Shown here: piece after piece, positions 25,076-38,600 of the stretch
How the letters are laid out: every line of letters begins with the position of its first letter
How positions within the stretch are numbered: the stretch's first letter is position 1
The notes under the pieces: model-generated
Seen by the model: the letters and a program-made list of their open reading frames with translations, nothing else
The model's database searches: none
Told to the model about the DNA's origin: nothing
Made by a program: the position numbers and the translations under genes
DNA from: Hydrolagus colliei
Lineage: Eukaryota
NCBI GenBank assembly: GCA_035084275.1
Contig: CM068748.1
Location: 7,812,001-7,876,000 of the forward strand
Direction of reading: 5' to 3'
DNA length: 64,000 nucleotides

Positions 25076-26289
25076 TATATTTGCTGATATCCCTGACCAG
25101 TTAATGCATAACCAAAATTCGACTTGTTTTTATCCATTGTCAGAAAAACATTGCTTGTTTTTACATGTGGTCAATGGTCTTGTTGTTTACTTAATCAAGA
25201 AATAATTATTGAGAAATCTCTACTGCCTCATTTTGGATTTTCCTCTTGCGTTTGGTTACGTTCGTACAGTCACCTAGCTTATCAATAAATCTACAGTGAG
25301 CTTCTGTGGTTTCACCTTTGTAAACAAAGCCTATACTTTTTTCTGCCCTTCTCTCCCCCTCATTTGAACATCTAGTTTCATGACTGCTTTTAGAATCAGT
25401 TGGCAAATTTCCCTGATTTGACAGACTGATACATCCAGTAGTATAGGTCATGCTATTTAATTTCATGGCTCAAAGCAGTAAATTAATGATTAAAAGTCGA
25501 AGCCTAGGAAAGAAATAGGACCATTTCTTAAAGTAAATGACATTAGTCTCATTCATTTTTTACATATGTTCACCAGAGTGATCTCTTCACTGCAGTTTTG
25601 GCCAGAAATGGTTAATTTTCAGACTTTGGAATATCTGATTAGGAGCAGGTGTCAAAAAAAATGATTTTGTCATTGAAGAGCTAAATTAGATTATTTAAAA
25701 TTAGAATCTAATACAAGTTAACTTCCACTTTTGCTAGTTTTAAAACATTTCTTGCTTAAAATCATTGACCCTTTTAAAGTAACAAAAAGGTGAAAATTGC
25801 AATTTGTTAATAGAATTGAGGCCCATAATTGTTCCTTGCCTTAGCTTCTTAAATTTTAAGAATTGCAGAAATTCTTAAATTTACGATTAATTTGGTCATT
25901 GTTTTTAAATTTATTAAAAAGGCTTTAATTTATGAATTTTGGAATCTTCCACACTTCTGCACCATCTTAAATTTTAAGTCAAATTATTTTACAAAGTGGA
26001 ATTAAACTGCCTCTGGTGTGTTAATTAACACTATCAATTAAGAAACGTAGCAATTTTCACCCCAATGTGCTGTTGGCTTGTCATAAGAAGGACCTAAGAT
26101 GTACACTTTATACTGATGCAATTAGTTACGAGGTGTCATGCATCTTCACAGAAGACAGAAATAAAATGGGAGAATTTAGAAAATTGAGTGCTGTTTCCTT
26201 TGATGGAGCACTGGTAAATAAATATAAAATGTACCAGTGGGGATGTGTTGGACAATTGCTGGAGACAGACCACAAGTAACACACTACAG

Positions 26290-26520
26290 CGAGGGTTCTC
26301 ATCCCTGATCACTGTACTGTGCCCCCTGCTGGAAACTAAATGCCCAGATGATTGGTGAGAACAAGAATTGCCTCTGCGATGATGTTCTCCACATCCAAAT
26401 AACCTGCAGCATATATTATCTGTGCTTGTACAGGAGGAAATGGCCGATTGGACAAGGTGAAGCCCGACATATGACATTGTGCCCCATAGTGAGCAGTCAA
26501 TTCCTTGAGAAAGAAAACGG
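26290..26520 (+). mobile_element. Ancient AmnSINE2-like remnant
   Basis: gggttctcatccctgatcactg..ccccctgctggaaa..ggtgagaacaag..aatggccgattggacaaggt is collinear with the 4090-4358 family. Confidence 0.45.
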
Positions 26521-29500
26521 GCTAAATAAACCTGATGGCAAGCACTGCCAGGCCTAACGATATAGTAGTAATTGTGTCTCACGGAGTGATAGGGATTAAA
26601 AACTGCTTAACTCAACTTTTAAAATTGAGGTAGCAAACGCTGTATTCCCCCAACCACTCCTGAAATGCGAGGATCTTCAAGTCAGCTTGTCAATAGGCTC
26701 AAAAGCTGCAGGACTGTTCTTGGTGTAACTAGTTGAACAAAGTCACGGTTGTTCACCCACAGTAGTTGTTGATAGGGATATCTTGAGGAGTGGAATGACT
26801 GACAATGTTATAACTATTGTGATGGTTATCGTATCACACACCGTATTTCACTCCGTAGTTTGAAATGCAAACGGTTTGATCAGTGAATAAAATGCATTTC
26901 TCTTGATCCGATTGATAGCTTCCAGCTCAGGCACTGTGTTTAAATATAGGGTAGAGTTCCCTCTGTACTATTTCAGTTCTAACCTCAGAGCAGCTTCCTC
27001 TCCATCTACGTGACATTTCCATTTCCAACACCATCTGCGACTGTGCCCTTTTCTGAGTGAGACAACCTAATAAGTGTCAGATTGTGAGCTTTCACTGTGG
27101 ACACCCAGTCACCTGCAGTAGGGTTGACATTGGACAAACTCAATTAACTTTAGACCTTTAAGCTGTTGCCGAGCGATGTGGGAGGTGTTGGGTGGGTGGG
27201 TGGATCCTTTCATCGTTAGAAATAAAAAGAAAACTGCAGATTCTGACAAATCTGAAACAAAAACAATGGAAAGCCAGAGTTTGCCTGTCAATCAAGATAA
27301 AGGCAGGAGCAATTCAGGCACGTCCTTTCATCGGAAACCGAAATGTGGGTGGGAAGTCAAGAGAGAGGAGAGCAAAACGGCTGAAAAAAGAAAATAAATA
27401 AACCCTGGGAGATGGAGTGGGAAATGGAGATGAGCAAGATTTAAAGATATAAAAGTATATGTTTAGGCCCAGATGCTGAAGGGTTTTCTTAGAATAAGAT
27501 CAAATTCTACTCCTGAGGTCTTTCATGCTGTGTTTGAATCACTTCAAATTCAGGTCATCCTATTTGCACAAAATATACAATCAATTGATTTTACTGCATA
27601 TACAGTGAAGCGCTTTGAGATGTCTCAATGACATGATAAGGCTCAATATCAAATGCAAGGATTGTTATGTCTGTAGCAGTGAGGCCTCAATTCAGAATAG
27701 ATTGTAAAAATGTATTGCGTACATTATGCCTGCTTTCTCGTAAAATAATTCAGGAATAATTGAAGTTATTTCTTTATTTCTGGATTTTAGTAGATATAAC
27801 TCAAATCATCACAAGAAAGAAACCTCTCTCAATTTCTACCCTGTTAACAGCTTCAAAGATTCCAATAGTCTGCCTGTCTGTCTATGTGGCCATAACTATA
27901 TTTACAATGCAAATAACATTTGAGATGATCAGATTTTCAACAAACTTCACAATGGCTTCTCTGATAAGACACTGAGTTCCTCTCACAAATGGGCATGCTG
28001 ACAGCCGTGCATGTGTCCATTATAATGTTTAAAGGCAAAGGTCAATTTCATGAAATGAAAGCGATTTCTTAAGGTTTTCCATTGCTGCACGCCTGTGCTC
28101 CTCGCAAAACAATTTCCACAGCACGTCCACAACAAACCACAACTAACATCACGACTGCCGCCTGCGCAACTTACTTCGCACTGCGTGGAACTCTGCACGC
28201 TGTATCCAAAGCAGATCAGACAGTTGGCCATCATTTGCTGAACCACGACTGCAGGAATCAATCAGGCTGTGCAAAATTCATGACTTGCCCGGTTTGTTTC
28301 CCAGAACAAACTCTCCCAAGTCTCCGCGAGCTCTCAGAAACCACCAGAATTACATTACTGATTGGTTTTGTCATAGCTACCAGTCCAGCGCCTTGGGACA
28401 TCCTCTCGACGTGAAAGGCGCTCAACAAATGTAATTTTGTTGTTGTTGTTCTCTAACTGGGCATTCATCTTCTTGTGTCAACTAATATTAAGGAAAACTA
28501 AACTACTTGCCCAGGGATAGACAGACGACCCCCGAACTTCTCAGTCATGTTCCAGCATTAGTGTTTGCATTGAGAACTGGGAAATAAGTTGATTCAGCCA
28601 ATTAGGTTAATGGCAGCTTCCCAGATTCTGAGTCAACGGATCCGTTATCTGAGCAGGGCTTTTACATTCTAGAGACTCTGGTAGTTTCTCAGGCTTTTTT
28701 TAAATTTTAGCTAACAAAATAGAGAATAACTTCTTACAGGGGAGAGACCGTCTCAATTTTCAAATTGTCTTTCCGCTCCTCAAAATGTTGTTCACATCTA
28801 TATATTCTTGTTTTTTTGTTGGTAAATGTCATCTTGTGGCAAGATGAGGTAAGGGAAATATTGAAGCGAAGCATTGAAAGGGTTTTTGGAAGCAAGTAAA
28901 ACTTTTAAGAGAGAAGTAGATGGTTATTTGGGCATAGTTATCTTTCTGAGGTTGGTGGGTTGAGAAATATTGTTTGGATATTTTAAGCAAAGTTCTAATC
29001 TGCCCCAAATCTGCCCTGTAGCTGACTTGGGTATCATTGTTCACTGAATACTGGCACACGGTAGAAAATGTAGACCATTTGATGCATTCACGAACATGGA
29101 TATCCCTGGATATCTCTGAACAAATACACAATATATAAAAATATTACTAATAATAATCCTTTCATTTGCCTTTCACAATGGGAGGACATCTCAAGGCACT
29201 TCATAGAATGGAATGAGTGGAGTGACTGTGTTTTGGGCGCTAATTTATAGACTGGAAATCTGTTGGAAACTATAATTGTTCAATAGTCAGACCAGTTGAA
29301 TGACGAATGAGGATGTGTTCCGTTAGTCCCTTCGTTGGTCACACCCATCATTAACACCGATTTTGAGAGCTGGAATATTTTGGGGCTGTAATCAGTTTAA
29401 CATATCTAACACTACTGAGGTTGCTTGCAAAAGGGGAGTGAGGTGGTAGACATAAAGATGGGTGGAAGGGGGCGGGTGGGGTGGGGAACTACAGTAAATG

Positions 29501-30279
29501 TTTCCACCCATTTAATTGCTCTTACTCTAGTCTTTGTTTTCTTGATCTTGATTAACAACTGAGGGAAAGGGTGGTGTAGTAAGTTACCTCCCTGTTGTGC
29601 ATCGAGGGGGTTGCACACTTTGGAGCTGAAGTTCATCTGTTCATTGCTGTTGTGGTTTACCACAACTAACTGCAAAGGTTGAAGATGTACATATGTGAAA
29701 TCACTTACTGACTTATCTTTGAATTCACTACTATAGCAGAATGCCTGTGGTGCAGCTGCAAACCTTGCCAGGTGTATTGAAAGTTTGAAGGGTTTTTTTT
29801 GTTGCAAAAGTTGAATTTGTAAAACCTGCTGGGTTGTCTTTTGATGGCATTAACTATGATTGCTCAATGTTTAAAACCAATTGTCTGGTCAAATATCTAC
29901 AAATTAATTCCCTTCCCACAGTACTTTTAAGTAAATGTTGGATATTTTGCACTATTTTGTGTGTAAGGCAGTTTCTAGAATGTTACAATTAGGACACCTC
30001 ATGTTAGCCAAATACAGCATTGACTTTTCAGACCATTGCATGTGAGGAATTTTGTCCATTTTCAGATGGGCAGTCAATCCTTCTTTTGAGATGGTGCTGC
30101 TGACTTTGACTGTGATGACAAATATTCTCAATGTACAGTATTGCTCGTGCTTTACTTGTGCCAATGCTCCCAGACCCTTCACACAATGATAGGGGATTGG
30201 CATTGCATCCACGATTCCCCACATTGTGAACTCCTGTTTTGAGGCATTTTGCTGCGCAGAGGGTGTTCGTTCAGGTGTG

Positions 30280-30600
30280 GAGGTATTCATACCCCTTAAG
30301 GATCCATACTGGGACCTTTTCTGTTCCAAATATACATAAATGGCCAGGATTCACAGACACAGCGCAAGGTACAGTAGTTAGACTTGCAGATGACCCCGAG
30401 CAAGACAGAACTTTAGAATCAGAGGAAGTCAGCCAGGATTTTACAAAGAGAATACAATATGGGATGTACATGGGCTAATCACTGGTAAATAAAACTCAAT
30501 TGAGCTAAATGCAAGTACTGCATGCAGAAAATTTAAATAGGAGGCATGTGTACTCTATGGATGGGATCGGACTTGCCAAGGGGGAATTTAAAAGGAAACC
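30280..30600 (+). mobile_element. Decayed CR1 reverse-transcriptase fragment
   Basis: From 30300 reads GSILGPFLFQIYIN, then RLADDP after a frameshift (CR1 consensus QGSVLGPLLFLIYINDL...KFADDTK). Confidence 0.75.
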
Positions 30601-32945
30601 TAAGGGTGTTTGTCTGTTCGCTTGTCACTGATAGTGTGAGGCAGCAAATAAAAAAAGGCATGCAGGATGCTTGGCTCTTTCGAGTCTGTCTGCACAACAC
30701 AGAAAGAGTGACATTGCTATTGCCTGTCCTTTTAGTGTCTGTCTTGTGTTGTCATTCAACCACACGACCTTGCAATCTGAGCAGCTATTTTCTTTAACCT
30801 GACTTCAGATCTTTATCTATAGGACCGATGAAAACACAGAACAGATAATGGTTTGAGCTCAATACCGTAAAATGCCTTGACAATAATATTATTTGTATCA
30901 TTTTTAACCTCTGTAAGCATCTTCATTACCAGAATTAAAACTGCAGATGGGTATTTGTCGGTATGCCTCCTGGCTTTTGAGTTTTAAAACCTGCTTAAAC
31001 AGAGTAGGAATTTGCTTTGACCAACCATCTCCCATATAATAATGGTCATTCACTTCATGACTGGATGACATCGCTGGATAAAAATTGACTGCCATGTTCA
31101 TCTGCGAAATACAGTTTTTATGCATTTCAGTAAATCCTGTGAAGTGCTTGGATACATCTTAGAGTATTGGCTCCTATTTTGCTGGTCAGAATGAGCTTTT
31201 AAAGATGGTTAATTGATTGCAGCCTCTGTCAGGATTTTTTTAAGCAAACAAGAGCAATTTCGTAATTATTCATGTCAATTGCTTTTCAAAAGTACTGCAT
31301 AGATTTACTGTATATTGTTTAGGTAACTAATTTACCTAGTAATAGCCAAATGACAGCCAAATGAAAGATATAATGGCAAGAGCTGAATCTGTAAATGACT
31401 CCAGAAGGAAACAGGCAGGGCCTTGATGTCAAAGAGAGTGGAAGAATACAAGCTTGGTGCTCACGGAAATAGATTGGTTTACCTGAAATATATTTGTAGG
31501 AAATAAAGATTATTGAAAGCAACTGGATGAATCAATTTAGCCTTTGGTTCTAATAATGCAAACTAAATAATGTGCGGCCTGTAAATATCATTTGATGTTA
31601 GCAAACTGGCAACTTAATTCAAGATCATGAAGTTCCATTGCTTTATTGTATAAAGGAATGGCTTCTCGCCACATACAAGCAGATGATTAAGGCACTGACA
31701 TTGTGTCCATGGTTCTATATTTGAGTGGTCATATTGACCAATACTCTGACCCATTAGACACATGGAATTGGTCCTATTTTACTTATTGGTTTTGGGATGT
31801 CCTCCTGACGTGAAAGGCGCTATACAAGTGTCATTTTGTTGTTGTTGTTGTCAATTTAGTTCTCCGTCAGCTGACTGAAGGTTAACCAAGCTGCGGTTGG
31901 ACACACACCCCAAAACGGGGAGAAAAATTGGAAAACCAGACATTCTGAGCTGCTCTTCCACAAATTAGCATCTGTGTCACAAGAAGTACTCAGGGAGGTC
32001 TTTCCTCCACCTGAGCCAGAAAATTGCAATGTGGGAAGGAGGACACAGTTTAATTTAACACTATTGCTATACTTTTACTGACGGAAACTGAACTTGAATC
32101 TGCCCAAAATGATGGGATGAGGATTCAGCTGTCTACTGTAACAATCATAAGTAAATAGGTGGCCAAGTCTCAACCAACTCCTAATGGATATGCTGCACAG
32201 TGAAAAACTACCCTGAGTTAGAATGAATAAGCAATATTACTCAGAGAAACCACAAGAATGGATGATAGGGGGAATGAAAATGTTGCACTGATATAGAATG
32301 TTCTCCCGAGGTTGGAGCTGGGGCATACACTGGATTTGGGAGAGTAATAAAAGTTTTACTTCAAAGCTGATTACTCTATATGTGATCTTGTGAGTGCTTA
32401 ACAGTGACATTGACCACTGAAATGGAAAAGTGTTTGATTTCCCTGGGCTGATATGCCTCACACATTTCACCCGTACAAAAAATTATATTTCAGGGGGAAG
32501 CACCTCATCTTTCTAAACCTCACAATGACAGATCACACATAGGATATGAAACTTTCAATATTTACCTTCCAGCAGTGATATTAATACTTCAGATGTCAGT
32601 ACTGAGATGGGCTGAAATTTATCTCTGGTGACTGATTCAATAGTTTTCTTTCATCTTTCAGTAGTTGTGTGTGTTTTTTTTGCTTGGTTTGGGGAAAGCG
32701 GTGTTGTATAATTTAGAACTTTATAAACTACAATGAAAGGAAAGTGAATGTCCTGCCAGAAGCAGCAACTTAAATTATCATATACTGTGAAAAGGATGCA
32801 AGTTTGATTGAGGAAAGGCCAGCCAGGTTACTATAGGGTACAGTGTCTCTGCCAAGAATTAGTCTAATGAGAAAGAACAAGGGAATCTGAACTGCTAGGG
32901 GCTGGAGTGAAAGCTTAACCTGTGCCTCCAAAGCAATGTGACTGC

Positions 32946-32976
32946 TGTGTGTGTGTGAGAGAGAGAGAGAGAGTGA
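32946..32976 (+). repeat. Compound (TG)n(AG)n microsatellite
   Basis: tgtgtgtgtgtgagagagagagagagag. Confidence 0.85.
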
Positions 32977-34371
32977 GTGCACATGTCCCTTACAATACAG
33001 GGGAAGAGGTTGGTGCAAAATAACAATTTTGAACCACTGTAGGAAATTCTGTAAATTCTGAGAGTCACACAGAAGAGATTTTTAGCTGATCTCTATTAAC
33101 CGTCTTGCCCAGAGCACAGAAGGGAGGAGTCTAGACCTCCTGCCCTCTATTTGCTGTACTGTCCATTACTTGCGGAATATGCAGCGTCTCATTAGTGACC
33201 ATCAACTGGAGCCCCACAAAAAGCTTGCGACAGAATTGCCCATGTTCATTGTTTTTGTCTCCTGGAGTGGACCAAGGTTTCTTGTCGACCTCATGCAGCG
33301 TATTAGCTGGTGTATTGTGCCCTCAACAACTGAATAGCAATAAACAGTTACGTGCATAATTATTTTCCTTTCCAGAACGACAATGCCAGCATGTTACTTT
33401 ACGTCGAGCGTGTAAGTCATTATTCATTAATTCAATCAGATTCAAGTTGAATTCAGATTTGCGTCAGCCTTCGCACTATTATGCTTTGTGATGTAATGCA
33501 TTGTATTCCTTGCATTTCACAAGACATCTTTACACATGAATTGAAAGCTCACTCAATAGTAATGCTTGTAATTGATAGAGTATCTTTCACATCGGGCGGT
33601 CATCTCAAAGCATTTAGCAGGAAATACTGTAAAATGTAGTGACTGTATTTTGCCAGTGAACACAGCAGGCAGTTTGCACAAATCAATGCCCCACAAACAG
33701 CTATGAAGTGAATGACCAATTTTTTGTTTAGCGGATTGTTGGTCATGTCATCCTCAGTGCTGCATTGGAGTGCCAGCCTGAACAATGTGTTCGAAGCCCC
33801 ATCATGAAGCCTTTTGACTCAGAGGCTAGAATGCTACCAACTGAGTCTGTTATCATTGAAAGCAGTTTTCTAAGATTGCCCAAATGGTTTAATGTTGCAC
33901 AGCAACATGTTTGCTTGAATACAATGTTGATCAAAATGTTATTTCCTTTCACAGCTTCCTTGTTAAAACATGAACGGCATCTAGTTTCAAAGTACTCTAC
34001 TGAATAAAGATTTAGAAGTAGGTAATCACTCCTTGTGGCATATTTAACTAATTTAGACAAAAACTACAGTTATTAGGAAGATTTGCAGAGTTTGGGAAAA
34101 TTTATAGGTTTGAATGAGACACTTGGGATCTAATGCCAACAGACTTCTGTGTTTATAATGGGAAAGCCATTAATGTACATTTGAGTGAAATTATTGTCAC
34201 AGAAACACAGGGACCTTATTAAAGAATTGCTTATCAGCCACATACTAGTGTTTAGAAATAATTTATTTTGCTCTTGTTTTTAATAATGTGCCGGAAGTCT
34301 TTTATGCTGACAGGAAATTGAGGCTGAATAACGAACGATCTGTGGTGTTTTATTGAATATTGTATACATTG

Positions 34372-34718
34372 TAGGGTCCGGCGATATATCGATATATCGG
34401 TTATATCTGATATAATTTTCATATCGATATGCCGATATCGGAATTTAAAAAATATCGATGTATCTAAAAATTCGATAAATCGAAAAAAATAGATATATGG
34501 CAAATATTGATATATCGTGTCCGGCAATATATCGATATATCGGTATAATGCGGACTTTTTCAACTTACCTTGTCGATATCCGAATGCGCGCGCACACACC
34601 GGAATGCGTGTGCGCATGTGCAGGACAAAACCCCCCCGCAATATCAATATATCGGTATATATCGATATGGGCAAACCGATATATCAGTATCGGAAAATTT
34701 CCATATCGACGGACCCTA
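34372..34718. mobile_element. Non-autonomous hAT transposon (MITE), copy 2
   Basis: TIRs TAGGGTCCGGCGATAT / ATATCGACGGACCCTA. Perfect 8-bp TSD ATACATTG (34364-71 and 34719-26). Same termini as 786-1381. Confidence 0.93.
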
Positions 34719-37355
34719 ATACATTGGGAAATGTAGTCGATGAGTATTAAGAGTGAGATAGCTGTATAGTTTCTGGGCGAGGAGGTATTTTCAGTTTGCC
34801 CACAAAAAATTACCCACATGATGCCCATTCAATTTATGCCTCATCTTCAACTGGAACAGCAGTTTAAGGCATAAATAAACTCACTGCTAAGAATTGCCAC
34901 ACCCAACTTCACACTGTTACATCTTTGAAATGTTAATTTGCCAAACTACTGTTTAGGAAATCTGCACTCTCATCCCAATCCAATCTGACACAAGATTCAT
35001 CCAACATCTGTTTTGCCACTAGCACCTGGATATTTTGCAGAGATATTTTATTGTATTTCTGAACAAAATCCTTGTTTAAGTTCAGCTTTGTGCTGTTGAA
35101 TCTCACTGATTTAGACATAGATTGCAATTCGGATGAACTAATTTTGTGCAAAACCCTTATAACCACCAGAGTAAAGGACTGGACTTCCCGAGGGGAGATA
35201 GAACAACAATACTGAGCAAGGCCATTTTCAACTGCTATAGCAGCTGAAGTAAAGAAACAAACAAACTAACATCAAACTAAGTTTATTGAGTGGGAAGAGG
35301 AGAAAATGTCCCAATCATTAAAAAAAACGCATTACAGAGAAACACATAAATGTCGAAAATAAGAGGATGTCTGGAAGTGGATGCCTTAAGCACAGTGTTT
35401 TAATATCTTGGATATGCCAATGATTGGTCACTATGTGAGGACTCCAAATTACATAATCAGGCCAAATCAGGCCATAACAAATAATGGCACCATCTACCCT
35501 GCAATCTGCTGTACATAGTCAGACTAAAGCATCCATCAGGGTGATAATGACTTTCCTTAGATCTCACCTGCTGTTAGAACCATGTTACAGTACTATGTTC
35601 GTTCCATACTCGACTCCCTTCTTGCTGTGACTGAAAGATGGAAATCCAAATATGTTACACAAAGAAACAAAAATAAATATTTTAACAATAAATAGCAAAT
35701 TGTACGTTAGTAAAATACCGGGGAATGAGTCAATAAATCTTCAATCTCAAAAGTTAAACGACATTCATTAATCACTTAAACATTAATAACTTTAATCTTC
35801 TGATTTGTCACATTGTATGGACCCTTTTGTAATTCACTTCTATTGTTCTTCTGTGCGCTTGTTTCATGTCCTTTAAAATAAACCTCAGGGACAAAGGCCA
35901 AGAACGCAGTTGCAAAATGTCAGAAATGTTTCACATGGACAGCCACAGAAAACAAGTCAGCTTGCTGTGCAATGGCAGTTTTACAAATCAGAAATCAAAA
36001 CTCATTATAAAGCTGTTGATTAGTTTTAGGGATTTTATTCAACATATTTTTAAATGTAAGCAAAGTTGAAATATCATTAGTTATATATAATCATTGCGCT
36101 AAGCAAAATCTACATCCTTTTATGGCTGTAAATCTTTCAAAATCATTGTTTGTTTTCGTGATGTAATACTGGCTATCTGATTTCATTTACAGTTTTATTA
36201 CTCCCTCTGCAAACAAGGGGTCTGTTCATGTGGGGGTTATTCTTTTAGGTTCATGTGGTGAGACGCTTTAGTCATTCACGTCTATGTTTTATGTTCCAGG
36301 CGTTCAGTTCTAAACAGCCTTTTGTTGGATTACAAAACACTGTGTAATGTTAATGAACTGGGCAAACTTTTCATTTCAAAGTTAATTTTTAAACATTATT
36401 CCCAATATTGCCAACTTGAAGAAGTGAAATTGTAACACCCAGTCTGTGGAAGTGAAAAACTGGCTTGGGAATCCTCAGCCATGCTCAGTCATGTGGTTGG
36501 TTAGCCAAGGGCCAGACTTAGGGATTACTGGTTTGAACAAGCTTGAAGGGCTGAATGGCCCTTGTTCCTATTCACTGTTATGTCTACCCTACCGATTGGA
36601 TATTGAGTAAATAATATGTACATTACAGATAGGAGCTCTAGCATTTCATGTTAAATGTGTAAATAAATATTTTTTTAAAAGGCATGGGAAAAGAGCAGGA
36701 GAATTTAGTTAAAACTACAGTATATGGTTCCAGTGATGGAAATTTAGTACTGCACGGCACAGGACACTGACCCAGCCAGGCCCAGTGTCCTGTGCCGTGA
36801 ACTTTTTCTGATTCTAAAACAGTCTTTGCAGTTAGCCTGCATCATGATAAAAATAATAATAATAATAATCATTCCATTTGATATGGCATCCTATCATATT
36901 TTTGAGATGTCTCAAAGTGCTTGACAGAATATACTGTAAAGTGGATTGACTTTATTATGTCATATTATGTAATCAAACCCCAATTTGTCTTATTTCAGGT
37001 TATTTTTATTGAGTACAAGTGAACACGGTGATCTGCCTTAGTCAAATGCAGAGGTGTGAGCATGAACGGTTGACTTCCCAGTGCTAAATAGCACTTAACG
37101 AGCGTGGTTGGCATAATATACAGCAGAAATAGAAATTCAATGACAAGCACTGAGCTCAATAGTTTTTCAGGAGAATGGTAGCTACAATTTACAATGCAAA
37201 CTAAGCAAATTATGTGTCATCTAAATGTTGGAGCTGCCACATCTATATTTAATATAATACAATATATTTTTTGGTGACTCAATTAAGGTGAACTTTTTTT
37301 GTGGACTCAGCTAATTTGACTGCAGCACATTATACAGCGCATCATGCACTGTAGC

Positions 37356-37590
37356 ACTGTAGCTCAGTGGTTAGACCGATGGCCGTGCAAGTGAGACATC
37401 TGGGTTTGATTCCAGGCCACCAAACAAAAATTGGTCACTCAATCCACAACTGTTTGTGGGACATTGGCTGCCATATTTCACCCACAAATATACAGTCAAT
37501 TCACTTTACAGTATATTCTGTGAAGCGCTTTGAGACCTCTAGAAATTGTGAAAAGTGCTATATCAAATGCAAGGATTATTATTATTATTA
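37356..37590 (+). mobile_element. tRNA-derived SINE with internal deletion
   Basis: ctgtagctcagtggttag head and gggtttgattcc B box joined directly to the 3' body and (ATT)n tail. Confidence 0.8.
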
Positions 37591-38291
37591 CTACATTGAA
37601 GGCTGCCAATATGGGGGTTGGAAATCTTTTAAACGCAGTGTTGGTATAAAGCACTCTCAAGTCAGGTGTAACATGGGTGAAGTATGTGGTAAACATCTTT
37701 CTACATAATTCCAATCACAAATAGATTTCCTATTGTTAGCGAATTGGGACATCCTCCTGACGTGAAAGGCTCTATACAAGTGTAATTTTTGTTGTTTGTT
37801 TGTTGTTGTTGTTGTTACCTTTACGATAGCATTTCTGTTTCTTAAGATAATTATTTTGTGTGGCCTCTCAGTTAAAACTGAGTTAGGGATGGTTCTATGC
37901 TGTATTGAATTTGACTAATTTTGGAAACATGATGAGATTAGTCAACATTTCTCAATATAGGACCCTTGTAGTCATCAGAGAAGGCAGACTTGCAGGTTCA
38001 GGGGTACGACACGTGGTCTTGCACTGAGCCGTACACACTGCTGGCCTGAAATTCCACATAGTCGAAGTCTGTAAAACCATTTTGTGTTACAATTTAAGAT
38101 CACGTAGCTTTGTGGAACATTCCTAAGGTCACTTTTAATTGCTTTTTAAAAAACATAATAACTTCCACAATTCCGCAAGGTAATTTTTTTTAAGATGAAA
38201 TAATGTTACAGGCTAAGACGAGATGGAATTTCAGGCTGCATGAATCTCTCAGATTGAATCACTTGGGTGTTCTGAGGATTATTATTGTTAT

Positions 38292-38600
38292 GTAATAATA
38301 ATGATCCTTGCATTTGGTATAGCACTTGATCACATCTTCGAGACGTCTCAAAGCACTTCACAAAATATATTATAAAGTGAATTGACTGTATATTTTGTGG
38401 GCGAAACGCAGCAGCCAATTGTGTGGATTGAGTCACCAAATCCACAGATGGAATTATTCCCCTCAGAAAAGCGATCTGCCAATCAACTAAGAATGCGATT
38501 CCTTCTTACTGCTAGATGAACAGAGGCGTGTGTGTGTGTGGAGTAAGGAAACTTGCCCCAACATTTCCCCCCTGTCAGGATTCGAACCTAGGTCTCTCCC
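38292..38600 (-). mobile_element. SINE, long variant with CORE-like central segment
   Basis: Minus strand reads gacctaggttcgaatcc...ttgggcaagtttccttactccacacac..gcctctgttcatctagcagtaag, then the family tail. Confidence 0.78.

Noticed and set aside
26136-26582. 148-aa minus-strand ORF as a nested gene
   Set aside because: Overlaps an ancient SINE remnant; no recognisable domain or splice structure.
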